Part shown: positions 1 through 9,578 of the stretch, piece by piece
How positions within the stretch are numbered: position 1 is the first letter of the stretch
Layout: each line of letters starts with the position of its first letter
Assembly (NCBI GenBank): GCA_029856045.1
Contig: JAHQWG010000047.1
Span: 96,001 to 160,000, forward strand
Length of the DNA: 64,000 bases
Direction of reading: 5' to 3'
From: Promethearchaeia archaeon
GTDB lineage: Archaea > Asgardarchaeota > Lokiarchaeia > Sigyniarchaeales > SOKP01
Translations under genes and position numbers: made by a program
The notes under the pieces: generated by a model
What the model saw: the letters and a program-made list of their open reading frames with translations, nothing else
The model's database searches: none
Told to the model about the DNA's origin: nothing

Positions 1-1
1 A

Positions 2-934
2 CTCCATGCATTATCTCTGTTCTATATTCCGTTATATTATATGATTGGCAGGATGGGAGAAATCCAGAGAAATAATGGGGATCCAAAAAGTGAAACTAGA
101 GAGAAGAGGGAACAAACTATGTTTATTCTTGATTTCTGGAAATGTTTAGCTTCTTCATATTTCCTTGATAAAAAACTGACTGTTTATGATTCAAATAAGA
201 TAAATATTGCTTTAAATCAACCTGATATAGAATGGTCGATAAATCAAATCATGGACGTAACTAGTGAAAAGGCTGTAGAGATTAAGAAAATAATGGGGAA
301 TCTTGAAGTTGTCTCATTTCTTGATGAATGTGAAGCAAGAGCAAAAATATGTGACCACGGACCTTATAGAATCAGTGAGAATGAAATTATGATCTTCAGA
401 GAAATTATGCATCTATATGACGGTAAAAAACCACACTTTCCATGGTCGGCTACTGAAGCAAAGGCACCTTATAGTAATATCGCTTTTGCATTTAGATTAA
501 AAGATGTAGATGCAAAATTTGATGACTTCGCAACAATGACTACTACTCCTCTCAATTTCTCAGAAAATATAACAGGTGTTGCTTTATTTACACGAGATGG
601 AAACACTGTGAAACCTATTGAGTTTGATGTCATAGATGCATTTAGTGATTATGCAGTAAAAGCTAATAAAGAATTATTTCTAAAATTCTCAAAATGGGAT
701 AGGAAACAGCGTTTAATCGCGGGAGCATTTGCCTATTGCTATGGATATGCGAGGTATACTAATTTTGTGGGTATTACAGACCAAATAAACTGGGAACTCA
801 CAGAACGAACGATGAATAAATACATTCCAATCTTCATGGAAAGCGATTTTGATCCTGGCATACCTAGATTATTCAGAAGTAAGCGACAAGTAGCTAAGGA
901 AGGACCCTCCTTATATCTCCTACCTGAGGATTAA
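2..934 (+). CDS. Hypothetical protein, probably 5'-truncated by the window edge
   Basis: Frame is open from nt 2 (LHALSLFYIPLYY) into the ATG at 41; 297+ aa; 5 nt from the next gene. No family recognised. Confidence 0.7.
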   Translation, partial: LHALSLFYIPLYYMIGRMGEIQRNNGDPKSETREKREQTMFILDFWKCLASSYFLDKKLTVYDSNKINIALNQPDIEWSINQIMDVTSEKAVEIKKIMGNLEVVSFLDECEARAKICDHGPYRISENEIMIFREIMHLYDGKKPHFPWSATEAKAPYSNIAFAFRLKDVDAKFDDFATMTTTPLNFSENITGVALFTRDGNTVKPIEFDVIDAFSDYAVKANKELFLKFSKWDRKQRLIAGAFAYCYGYARYTNFVGITDQINWELTERTMNKYIPIFMESDFDPGIPRLFRSKRQVAKEGPSLYLLPED

Positions 935-939
935 TTAAA

Positions 940-1860
940 ATGACTCCAGAAGAAAGGGATCATACATTATCAGAAGATTTTGAACTATTCCACAAACCTA
1001 ATAACGATTTAAAATGGAGAGAATCTTATTATTTCAATTGGGCGGACCTAAAAAACAAGATTTCAGGTTTTTCTACAATTGGAATATTACCTAACGATAA
1101 AAAAAGAGAACTCGTTTTTGTTCTTTTCTTGGACAACAAAATGGAAGTTTATTATAAGGAACCTTTTTTAGAAAACTACGTGAATGACATTAATATCATG
1201 TTAAGAGATAATAAATTAACCTATAAAATGATTAAACCCCTTCAAACATGGGAGATAGATTATAAGTGTAGGAAATTTGAATTTAACTTGACTTTTAAAA
1301 CGAGATTTTCACCTTTTAATTTTGGACAAGATTCCTCTAGGTCTTGGCATCGACATTTTGAAGCGTCAGGAATAGTTAAAGGTGTAATAAAGTTCAAAGA
1401 TAATAGTATTAGGACGATTCATGGTTTTGGTGAACGAGATAAAAGTTGGGGGTATAGAGATTGGCATCAATTTGACAAATGGTTCGCTGGTCATTTCCAA
1501 TTCAAAAAATGGTCATGCGCATTCCGAAAAGATTATGAAAAGAATAAAATTAACCTTTCAGGGTATATTGCAAATGAAAAAGGTAATACTCCACTTGCTC
1601 AGCTTGATATCAAAACTATTAATGATACTGATCAATTTCAAAGTCCTCTTACGTCAATGTATATTATCACTGATATCGAAGGTAAGTCATATACTATCAA
1701 GTCAAAACGAATGGAACAAAATAGTTATATACGGTTTGCAAGAGAGTTTCCAGGAGGGTATACTGAATTATTTGAACAGATGGTCATTATGGAATCTATT
1801 GACACAGGTGAAATTGGAACGGGCATGACAGAGTATTTACGCACTATAAAATCGGATTAA
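940..1860 (+). CDS. CrtC/AttH/tocopherol-cyclase-like beta-barrel protein (DUF7064/DUF7065-like)
   Basis: WRESYYFNW, HFEASGxVxG and GERDKSWGxRDW motifs; C-terminal GxGMTEY. Confidence 0.6.
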   Translation: MTPEERDHTLSEDFELFHKPNNDLKWRESYYFNWADLKNKISGFSTIGILPNDKKRELVFVLFLDNKMEVYYKEPFLENYVNDINIMLRDNKLTYKMIKPLQTWEIDYKCRKFEFNLTFKTRFSPFNFGQDSSRSWHRHFEASGIVKGVIKFKDNSIRTIHGFGERDKSWGYRDWHQFDKWFAGHFQFKKWSCAFRKDYEKNKINLSGYIANEKGNTPLAQLDIKTINDTDQFQSPLTSMYIITDIEGKSYTIKSKRMEQNSYIRFAREFPGGYTELFEQMVIMESIDTGEIGTGMTEYLRTIKSD

Positions 1861-2001
1861 CTAATTTTTTCAATTCTTAATTGCTCTCTATTCGTAATAA
1901 TAATCTTATAGAGAATTTTCTTTTCTACAAAAAATATTTTATTATATTTAGGAAACTTTGTAGTAATATTATCTTAATTTAACTTCATTGGTTTAATTTT
2001 T

Positions 2002-2064
2002 AGAAATCTTTATATAGACTAAAATTGATGTAATAACAATTAAATTAACAATACTCGTTAATTT
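2002..2064 (+). promoter_or_regulatory. Putative BRE/TATA promoter with downstream inverted-repeat operator
   Basis: AGAAATC-TTTATATA at 2002-2016; perfect inverted repeat AAATTAAC-N7-GTTAATTT at 2042-2064 upstream of the ferredoxin gene. AT-richness weakens significance. Confidence 0.35.
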
Positions 2065-2092
2065 TTTAAAAATAAATGGAGCTTTTTTAATT

Positions 2093-2962
2093 TTGTGTGA
2101 TTGGTGTTTAAAACATGGTAATGGGAAAAAGTGGTATATGAATGCTAAAAATTACTCTAATGAGCTTGCTAAGGATTTAGATTTGGAAGATTATTTAACA
2201 GAACAGTGGATGAATTTTGAAACTGTTTTTATTAGAAAAATTATGGGTATTTCTTCCAAAGGTCTGGGATACAAACTCAAGATGCCTATTATTGGGAGGG
2301 TATTACGTTGGCTAGCTGAGAGGATGATTCATAGTGAAAGTAAAAATAGAAACCCTATGAGAGCTGATGGCCATTTTGGACAAGTTTTACCTTTGGAGGA
2401 CGCACAGATTATTCTCTCTGAGTTAGCTGCTGAACCAATAATGGAAAACTACTGTATGTGCCGATGGATGCAGAAAGGAAAAAAAGAAGCTTGTTGCATC
2501 AATTTTGGTGTATTATCTGGAGTTATAGAGAAACTTCCAAGATTTATTCCAAAAGACAGAGTTGTAATGTTAGATCGAGAACAAGCAATGGAGAGATTGG
2601 AAGAACATAATAAAAAAGGCTATATAGCTTCTGTCTGGTTTCAACCAGTACCGTATATATGCGCTATATGTTCATGTGAAACTCCTGAATGTGGCGGACT
2701 TCGTTTAAGAAATGATTTCAATTTGAAAGCTGTATATAAGGCAGAATATATTATTCAATTAGATCATGATAAATGTGAAGGATGTAAGGCATGTGTATCT
2801 ATGTGTCAATTCAGCGCTATAAGATTTATACCCTCAATAAATAGAGTCATGATAGATTATGATAAATGTTTTGGGTGCGGGGTCTGCCGTCATGCATGTA
2901 AATTTGATGCATTACACCTCATTCCAAGAGAAGAATATCCAGGATTTGATGGAAAATACTAG
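2093..2962 (+). CDS. 4Fe-4S dicluster domain protein with Cys-rich N-terminal region
   Basis: CEGCKACVSMC and CFGCGVCRHAC motifs; extra CDWC, CMCR and CAICSC; TTG start. Confidence 0.85.
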   Translation: MCDWCLKHGNGKKWYMNAKNYSNELAKDLDLEDYLTEQWMNFETVFIRKIMGISSKGLGYKLKMPIIGRVLRWLAERMIHSESKNRNPMRADGHFGQVLPLEDAQIILSELAAEPIMENYCMCRWMQKGKKEACCINFGVLSGVIEKLPRFIPKDRVVMLDREQAMERLEEHNKKGYIASVWFQPVPYICAICSCETPECGGLRLRNDFNLKAVYKAEYIIQLDHDKCEGCKACVSMCQFSAIRFIPSINRVMIDYDKCFGCGVCRHACKFDALHLIPREEYPGFDGKY

Positions 2963-2970
2963 GTGATTAT

Positions 2971-3225
2971 ATGAGTAAAACAAAAATAAGAATAGATTAT
3001 TCAAAATGTGGAGAGAATGGGAAGGTCGACCCCAGAGATTGCCGTAAATGTCTTGAAGTATGTGATCCATGTGTCTTTTTAATGCACGAAGCGTTAGGTT
3101 ATAAAGAAGAGGACCCATATAATCCACAACATTGGCGAATCACACCAGTATGGCCCTCTGTTTGTACACGCTGTTTCTATTGTGTTAAAGCATGCCCTGA
3201 AAAAGCAATAAAGATATCTTGGTAA
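2971..3225 (+). CDS. Small 4Fe-4S ferredoxin
   Basis: CRKCLEVC and CTRCFYCVKACP; GGTGA SD upstream; operonic with previous gene. Confidence 0.85.
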   Translation: MSKTKIRIDYSKCGENGKVDPRDCRKCLEVCDPCVFLMHEALGYKEEDPYNPQHWRITPVWPSVCTRCFYCVKACPEKAIKISW

Positions 3226-3439
3226 TTATTTAAGCTCTTTTCTTTTACCTTATTTAATAAATTGTATGTCCAATATTTCTTCCTTCTAAATAAATATTTT
3301 AAAAATATGGACAAGAATTGGAATACATTAATTTTAATAGAAAATTAGAGTTCCAATTTTATAAAAAAAAATCTTATTTTTTTATCGAAATTTAAATGGG
3401 AGAATTATGATAGGGTTTAGAAGAGGTATACAATTAAAA

Positions 3440-3763
3440 ATGAGTGATTTTGATAATTTCTCGGAGATTGATTATTATGATAAAATCCTTCAATTTTTTT
3501 CTTCGAAAAATAGAAACGCAGAAGAAACAGAGAGATGGAAGGAATCAATGATAATTGAACTTATGAAATTATTTAAGAAGAAAGAAAAATCAAGTAATTT
3601 AATTGAAATTAAGAATTTAATTCAAAATGCAATAATTCTAATTCTTTCACTTTCAGAAAATATACCTCTCGATTATTACGATACAATGGGTAAAGATTCA
3701 AAAAATCTTTCTTTAACTGAAAAAAAAGAATTAAAAAATAAATTATGCAAATTAATTGCATAA
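3440..3763 (+). CDS. Hypothetical protein
   Basis: ORF open from 3407; ATG at 3440 chosen as the likelier start; no motif recognised. Confidence 0.55.
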   Translation: MSDFDNFSEIDYYDKILQFFSSKNRNAEETERWKESMIIELMKLFKKKEKSSNLIEIKNLIQNAIILILSLSENIPLDYYDTMGKDSKNLSLTEKKELKNKLCKLIA

Positions 3764-3895
3764 AAAAAATTAATCTACACTAAGGTAGAATTCGCTAATT
3801 TTTTAATTAATATTAATTGCAAAAAGCCTATCGAATAATTTTATATATTATTAGTACAAATTAGTTATTAAATAAAAATTAGATTTTTGATAAAT

Positions 3896-4552
3896 ATGAG
3901 TACAGAAGCTTCGCTACAGGCGCTGGAGGGGCTTAGAGATCTTTCAACGCTTAAATGGTATGTAATCCCCCTCCTTGCAATTGTTTTATATATCTATACA
4001 ATCGAGATCAAGAAAGCCCGTGAATCTGGTAATTGGAATGTTATTTATTCTGGTTTGACTCTTTTTGGCATGGATTTTATTAATGAAACTTGGAATGGTT
4101 GGGTATATCATCTTACACAACATTCAGCGTTTTGGACTACACCCGGCCAAACTGCGTTGCGGGTGATGATGGGTTGGAATGTTGAGATTATTTTCATGTT
4201 CTTAATAGCAGGCATCGTTTTCGCAAATGCACTTCCAGAAGATAAGAATGCAAAAATTTTGGGGATTCCGAATCGCTGGGCTTTAGCTATAGGATTTTCA
4301 GTTTTTTGTGTTTTCATAGAAGTCCTTTTGAATATTGGAGGTCTTCTAGTTTGGGAATATCCCTTTTGGAACGCCTCTATCACTGGGATTTGGTTGATTT
4401 TCTTTCTTGGATACTTTCACTTCTATGTAGTTACATTTTGGGTACATGACATGAGAGATAATAAGAATAAACTCAAAGTTTTAGGAATTATTTATGGATT
4501 TGCGATTTTGGCTAATATAATATTTCTCGGATTCCTTGGTTGGGTATATTAA
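3896..4552 (+). CDS. Hypothetical integral membrane protein (about 6 TM)
   Basis: Multiple hydrophobic segments; ATG at 3896 (ORF open from 3887). Confidence 0.75.
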   Translation: MSTEASLQALEGLRDLSTLKWYVIPLLAIVLYIYTIEIKKARESGNWNVIYSGLTLFGMDFINETWNGWVYHLTQHSAFWTTPGQTALRVMMGWNVEIIFMFLIAGIVFANALPEDKNAKILGIPNRWALAIGFSVFCVFIEVLLNIGGLLVWEYPFWNASITGIWLIFFLGYFHFYVVTFWVHDMRDNKNKLKVLGIIYGFAILANIIFLGFLGWVY

Positions 4553-4630
4553 AAAAAAATCTATATAGGCGAATATCGTTTAATCGCTAAATTTTTTTTT
4601 TTCTAAAAACTATAAAATAATTAGATAATA

Positions 4631-5470
4631 ATGAAAATTCCAATTATCTATTTCTCATCTTCTGGTAATACAAAATACATAGCTCAATTAATTAGTGAAG
4701 GGTTAAAATTCGCTAATTTCAAAACTGAATTGATTCCATTTAATTCTTTAAAGGAAAAGAATTTAGATTTTAATAGAATTAATGTATTTGGAATTGGAGC
4801 CCCAATTTATGCCATGTCTTTCACTCCCAATATAAGAGATTGGGTTAAAAAAATTCCAAGCGTTAATAGAAAAATAAAATTCTTTTTATTCGATACGAAT
4901 GCTGGACTGCCCGGACCATCAATTAAAAATATAAGGAAAATCCTAGGAAAAAAAAAATTTGAATTTATAGGAGCACTTGAAATAATAGTTCCAACAAGGG
5001 ATTCAGTTTTTGAGATGAAATTTTTTAAATACGTTAAGTGGTCAAGAAGGAATATTGAAAAATCTTTTCAATTTGGGATTAAACTTGGCAAAATAATTAG
5101 ATTGGGAAAAGGCACTTTGGATTTGTCATCACTTCCTATACCTTTTGGTAGAGTAATTTATGCCTACTTTAAAATATTAGAAAGACCATCTTATAACCTT
5201 TTAAGTCGTTTATTTGGATTTAACTCAAAAAAATGCATTAAATGTAAAACTTGTGAGAAAGAATGCCCTACTAAAGCTATAATTTTTAAAAATGGCCCTA
5301 TAATTGACCATAATAGGTGCATACTCTGTTTTAAATGTACCCGAAATTGCCCTACAAGTGCTCTTTTTTTCAAATTAATTCCCAAAGCAACATATTTTAA
5401 AGGTCCTAAAAATATTCGAGGATATATATCTCCGGATCAGTTATTAGAAGAATATAAAAGAAGAGTTTGA
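4631..5470 (+). CDS. EFR1-type flavodoxin + 4Fe-4S dicluster protein
   Basis: N-terminal YFSSSGNT flavodoxin loop, GAPIY, then CIKCKTCEKECP and CILCFKCTRNCP. Confidence 0.85.
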   Translation: MKIPIIYFSSSGNTKYIAQLISEGLKFANFKTELIPFNSLKEKNLDFNRINVFGIGAPIYAMSFTPNIRDWVKKIPSVNRKIKFFLFDTNAGLPGPSIKNIRKILGKKKFEFIGALEIIVPTRDSVFEMKFFKYVKWSRRNIEKSFQFGIKLGKIIRLGKGTLDLSSLPIPFGRVIYAYFKILERPSYNLLSRLFGFNSKKCIKCKTCEKECPTKAIIFKNGPIIDHNRCILCFKCTRNCPTSALFFKLIPKATYFKGPKNIRGYISPDQLLEEYKRRV

Positions 5471-5540
5471 ACCAAGGTTAATTAAAATAGATAAAATAAA
5501 GTTAATAAACATTAGATATCTTATTTTTTTGATACTTAAA

Positions 5541-7487
5541 ATGAAAAATGTTTATCGATTTCTTCTAATAATCTTAATTACTTCTTTCAGTATTTATAGT
5601 GTTTTTTATATGATTTGCCTTCCCATTTATTCTGATTCCTCACAAGAGAAAATTCTAATTTCTGAAAGTGTTCCTACAGAGAATTTAAAGTTACCCAAAA
5701 TGGCTTCAATTGAGGGAAATTTCTCAAGTTATAATCTATCTGTTATATTGGATGAGGCCAGTTCAATTATTCAAGGAAATTTGAGTGTTGATTTTTATAA
5801 TAATGATCCTGTAAGTTTTATTAAACTTCCTTTTCATCTCTATTTATCCGGAATGGAGTTTGAAAGTAGAAGAGGTAATATTGAAATTGTAAATGTGACA
5901 AAAGCAGATAACCCCGATATTGGTCTCGCATTTGAAGTAGATTCAGAAGAGCAAATTATGTGGGTAACTTTAGACACCACTTTAGAATCATTTCAGCGGG
6001 TTTCATTCATTATTAGTTTTACTGCTACTCTACCAGATGGGGGTATTGATAGAGCAAATTCACACGGAGATGATATTAACCAATCTCGAATTTATAAAGT
6101 TTCAGGTTTTTATCCCATGCCGTGTGTTTATGATAAGTATGATGGTTGGAATACAGATCCGTATCTGAAAATAGGGGATCCATTCTATTTTGATATGGCT
6201 TACTATCACTTGTTCGTTGAAGTCCCTAATGAAATGGTTATAGCAGCAACAGGAAATTTAACTGAAAGAATAAATAATAGCAACTATACAATTTATCATT
6301 TTGATACGATTTATCCTGTTCGAGAGGTCACATTTTCAGCTTCAAAATATTTTATGGTTGATTCCAAGAGAGTAAATGGTGTCAATATTTCGACTTATTA
6401 CTTACCAAAATCCGAATCTATTTGGAAAAATAATGCATTAAATTATGGTATTAATGCTATTACCCTATATAATGAAACATTTGGCTTATATCCTTATCCC
6501 ACATTTAACATTGTTGAGGAATACACAAACTATGGGGGAATGGAATATCCAAATCAAGTTTATATAACAGAATCTATTGATTATTGGGATTATCCTCAAT
6601 GGTTTCTCGAGAAAATTATCGCACATGAAACTAGTCATCAATGGTGGTATAATCTTGTGGGAAATGATGAAGTAGATTGGGGTTTTTTAGATGAGATGCT
6701 CGCATGTTGGTCTACAGATTATTATGCTGAGATATATCATTCTGATTGGAAATATTTTCAATATGAACTATATATCAACGAAGTGAGGACTTATTTCGAA
6801 GAATTAGTACTACCAAATAGAATAAACCAATCGATATATGAGTGTAATACAAGTTATACTGATTATTGGTATGTCGCATATAAAAAAGCTCCCTTGATTT
6901 TAGAAAAATTTCGTAATAGCATCGGTGATGTGAATTTTTTCTCAGGATTAAAACTCTACTTTGAGCGATATCAATATAAAATTGCTTTATTATCAGATTT
7001 ACAGCATTGTTTTGAAGATACCATTGGGACATCATTGGATTGGTTCTTTTTGCCTTGGTTTGATAATCCATATCTTCCCAGCTACGTTTTTACGAGTGTT
7101 ATTTACGAATTGTATGAGAACATACTATATATTACTGTTGAAGACCTCAATGAAGCAAATAATAACTATCCTTATTCTCAACAAATTCCACTTCAGGTAT
7201 ATGACGCGAATGGACAAATTTTATTCAATGAAATTGTTTGGATAAATAGTACTACGACTTTTTCCATACCAATGACAACTAATCCAACTGAAGTGAGTTT
7301 AATATACAATGAAAATGTTTTAGTTCAATTAAGTTCTGTTGATATTGAATCATTAAAGGCAGGTGTTGAAAACCCAGTTATTGCGTTTATTATAATTATA
7401 ATAATTATTGCATGCAGTGTCCCAGTGGGGTTGTTGATAATTTTTAAGATACTACGAAAACGCAAAAAAATTTTAATGGAAAACTAA
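5541..7487 (+). CDS. M1-family metallo-aminopeptidase, secreted and C-terminally membrane-anchored
   Basis: GGMEY and HETSH-x18-E (LDE) motifs; N-terminal signal/TM; C-terminal TM with basic tail. Confidence 0.9.
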   Translation: MKNVYRFLLIILITSFSIYSVFYMICLPIYSDSSQEKILISESVPTENLKLPKMASIEGNFSSYNLSVILDEASSIIQGNLSVDFYNNDPVSFIKLPFHLYLSGMEFESRRGNIEIVNVTKADNPDIGLAFEVDSEEQIMWVTLDTTLESFQRVSFIISFTATLPDGGIDRANSHGDDINQSRIYKVSGFYPMPCVYDKYDGWNTDPYLKIGDPFYFDMAYYHLFVEVPNEMVIAATGNLTERINNSNYTIYHFDTIYPVREVTFSASKYFMVDSKRVNGVNISTYYLPKSESIWKNNALNYGINAITLYNETFGLYPYPTFNIVEEYTNYGGMEYPNQVYITESIDYWDYPQWFLEKIIAHETSHQWWYNLVGNDEVDWGFLDEMLACWSTDYYAEIYHSDWKYFQYELYINEVRTYFEELVLPNRINQSIYECNTSYTDYWYVAYKKAPLILEKFRNSIGDVNFFSGLKLYFERYQYKIALLSDLQHCFEDTIGTSLDWFFLPWFDNPYLPSYVFTSVIYELYENILYITVEDLNEANNNYPYSQQIPLQVYDANGQILFNEIVWINSTTTFSIPMTTNPTEVSLIYNENVLVQLSSVDIESLKAGVENPVIAFIIIIIIIACSVPVGLLIIFKILRKRKKILMEN

Positions 7488-7586
7488 TATTTAGAATTTT
7501 TTTTAAAATTTTTCTCCTTGATAATTATTAAATAGTTCAAAATGGAATAAGAAATATTAATTTAAAAAATAAATATTTGATAATTA

Positions 7587-8978
7587 ATGGAAAATAACAA
7601 ATCCGAGAAACTCACCAATAAACAAATGCTAGGATATTCATTTGGTGGCATTCCTATGGCATTATTAGCGTTTGTTTTCACACTATATTATGTAGAATTT
7701 TTCTTTGATGATTTACAACTGTTACCCATATATTTTATCGTTGGTCAAATAATATATGCTATTGTTAATGCAATTAACGATCCTCTACTTGGTCAACTTT
7801 CTGACCGAACAGATCGAAAAAAGTGGGGAGGTCGAAGATTACCTTATATTAAATGGGGTGCTCCGATCTGGGGTATAAGTCTTATATTTACATTTTTTCC
7901 ATTTGTAGGTCCTGAAAATCAAATATTACTTTTCATTCATTTTGTAGTGAGTATTTGTGCATATGATACGATGTTAACCCTCGTAGTTCTCTGTTGGATG
8001 GCTCTTATGCCAGAAATGACCACTGATATCGATGAACGTAATAAAATTAATTTTTTTGTTTTAATTTGGGCTGTAATTGGCGTATTACCTTTTTTTTTCA
8101 TTTTGCCAATTTTTAAAGCAGCAGGATTTCCATGGTTTCAAATCTTAAATACAATTATTGCAATTGTTTCAATTATTTGTTATTGGATTGTTGTAAAAAC
8201 GTCTGAAGAAAAGCCAGAATTTCAAAAAGACGAAGTTTTTCCTCTATGGAAATCCATCAAGGAAACAGTTAAATTAAAATCATTCTTGGTTTTTATCGGA
8301 TATAATTTTTGCAGTGTATTTAATAGCTCTATTGGATTTAGTTACCTTTTTACATATATTTTTATACTTGGTATTGATCCAGGTTTAGCAATAGCTTTAT
8401 TTTTTTGCGTTTTTCTATTTATTGGCTATGGTTCAAATTATCTTTGTATGAAATTGAGATCTAAATGGAGCATGAAAAAAATTATTTTGCGATTTGGAAT
8501 ATTAAAAGTTATAGGAGCTTTCATTACATTTATTTTAATTTTAAATCCGATAACAGAATCATTAATTTGGTTCGGTTTTATCTGGACAACGTTTTTTGGA
8601 GGATATGGTGTGTTTACTGTACCGATCATGAGTCTGAGCATGGATGAAGATGAAGTAAATCAAGGTACTCGCAGAGAAGGGATGTTTCTTGGTATGAATG
8701 CTTTTTTTACTAAGCCAGCACAAAGTCTTGGGCCAATAGTTGCCACAATAATATTAACTACCTATGGTTATGCACAAAATGAAATAATTCAGACCCCTGA
8801 AGCATTATTTGGAATTAAAATATTGTTTCTTTTAGTGCCGGCTGTTGCTTCATTAATCAGCTTAATTGTTATATATTTTTATCCATTATATGGAGATAGA
8901 TTAAAAGATCTTCAAGTAAGATTAGAAGAAATTCATCAGCAAAAAAGGGAACGACTCACTTCTGCTCTTAAAAATTAA
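7587..8978 (+). CDS. MFS transporter, GPH (MelB-like) family
   Basis: NAINDPLLGQLSDRT, GRRLPY and RREGMF motifs; about 12 TM. Confidence 0.9.
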   Translation: MENNKSEKLTNKQMLGYSFGGIPMALLAFVFTLYYVEFFFDDLQLLPIYFIVGQIIYAIVNAINDPLLGQLSDRTDRKKWGGRRLPYIKWGAPIWGISLIFTFFPFVGPENQILLFIHFVVSICAYDTMLTLVVLCWMALMPEMTTDIDERNKINFFVLIWAVIGVLPFFFILPIFKAAGFPWFQILNTIIAIVSIICYWIVVKTSEEKPEFQKDEVFPLWKSIKETVKLKSFLVFIGYNFCSVFNSSIGFSYLFTYIFILGIDPGLAIALFFCVFLFIGYGSNYLCMKLRSKWSMKKIILRFGILKVIGAFITFILILNPITESLIWFGFIWTTFFGGYGVFTVPIMSLSMDEDEVNQGTRREGMFLGMNAFFTKPAQSLGPIVATIILTTYGYAQNEIIQTPEALFGIKILFLLVPAVASLISLIVIYFYPLYGDRLKDLQVRLEEIHQQKRERLTSALKN

Positions 8979-9015
8979 TAAAATTAAAATTTTTTTATTG
9001 GGTAATATATATTTC

Positions 9016-9149
9016 TTATAGTTCATCTCTGGGTAATCTTTCATTCACCGGTAAGAGTTAATTAAATTTTTTATGGGTTCTGTTTGATACCAGAACGCAG
9101 TTGAGAAATAATCGTTTATTCTGCAATCTAAATGTCCGTGTTCAAACTT
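9016..9149 (-). pseudogene. C-terminal remnant of a GH172 (DUF2961) glycoside hydrolase
   Basis: Minus strand reads FEHGHLDCRINDYFSTAFWYQTEP, then after a frameshift HKKFN*LLPVNERLPRDEL*; matches the EHGH...D.Y.S.A.WYQ.EPH...LP...ERLPR C-terminus; no start codon. Confidence 0.6.
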
Positions 9150-9193
9150 TTACAATTTCTCTCTTTTATTAAGACAATTTATTATTATAATTA

Positions 9194-9547
9194 TCAATAA
9201 TCAGGAATATCTTTCAATCGAGTTAAATCTCCAGCAATAAATTCTTCCAAAAGATCAACAGTATTATCCCAAATGTTATTTATAATCGCTCTAATTTTAT
9301 TTAAATCTTCTTTAGTTTGAAATTTTATATTAATCTTTTGAGCTTTATTGTCAATGTTTATCTCCATAGGAATTTCTTCTTTTAATCCACCTAACATTTG
9401 AATCATCGTTATAACTTCATCTGGTTCTGCTAAAGGTCCTTTTACTTCTTTTTTAACAATTAAAGTAATTTTTAAGTTATTTTCATCAACTTTATGTTCA
9501 ATGGTTTGTTTTAACATATTTCTTAAAGAAGGAATTATTTCTTCCAT
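9194..9547 (-). CDS. Hypothetical protein
   Basis: 117 aa ORF, ATG start, GTGAT upstream. Confidence 0.7.
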   Translation of the reverse strand: MEEIIPSLRNMLKQTIEHKVDENNLKITLIVKKEVKGPLAEPDEVITMIQMLGGLKEEIPMEINIDNKAQKINIKFQTKEDLNKIRAIINNIWDNTVDLLEEFIAGDLTRLKDIPDY

Positions 9548-9578
9548 TTTTTTATCACTTCATTTGATTATTATATTA

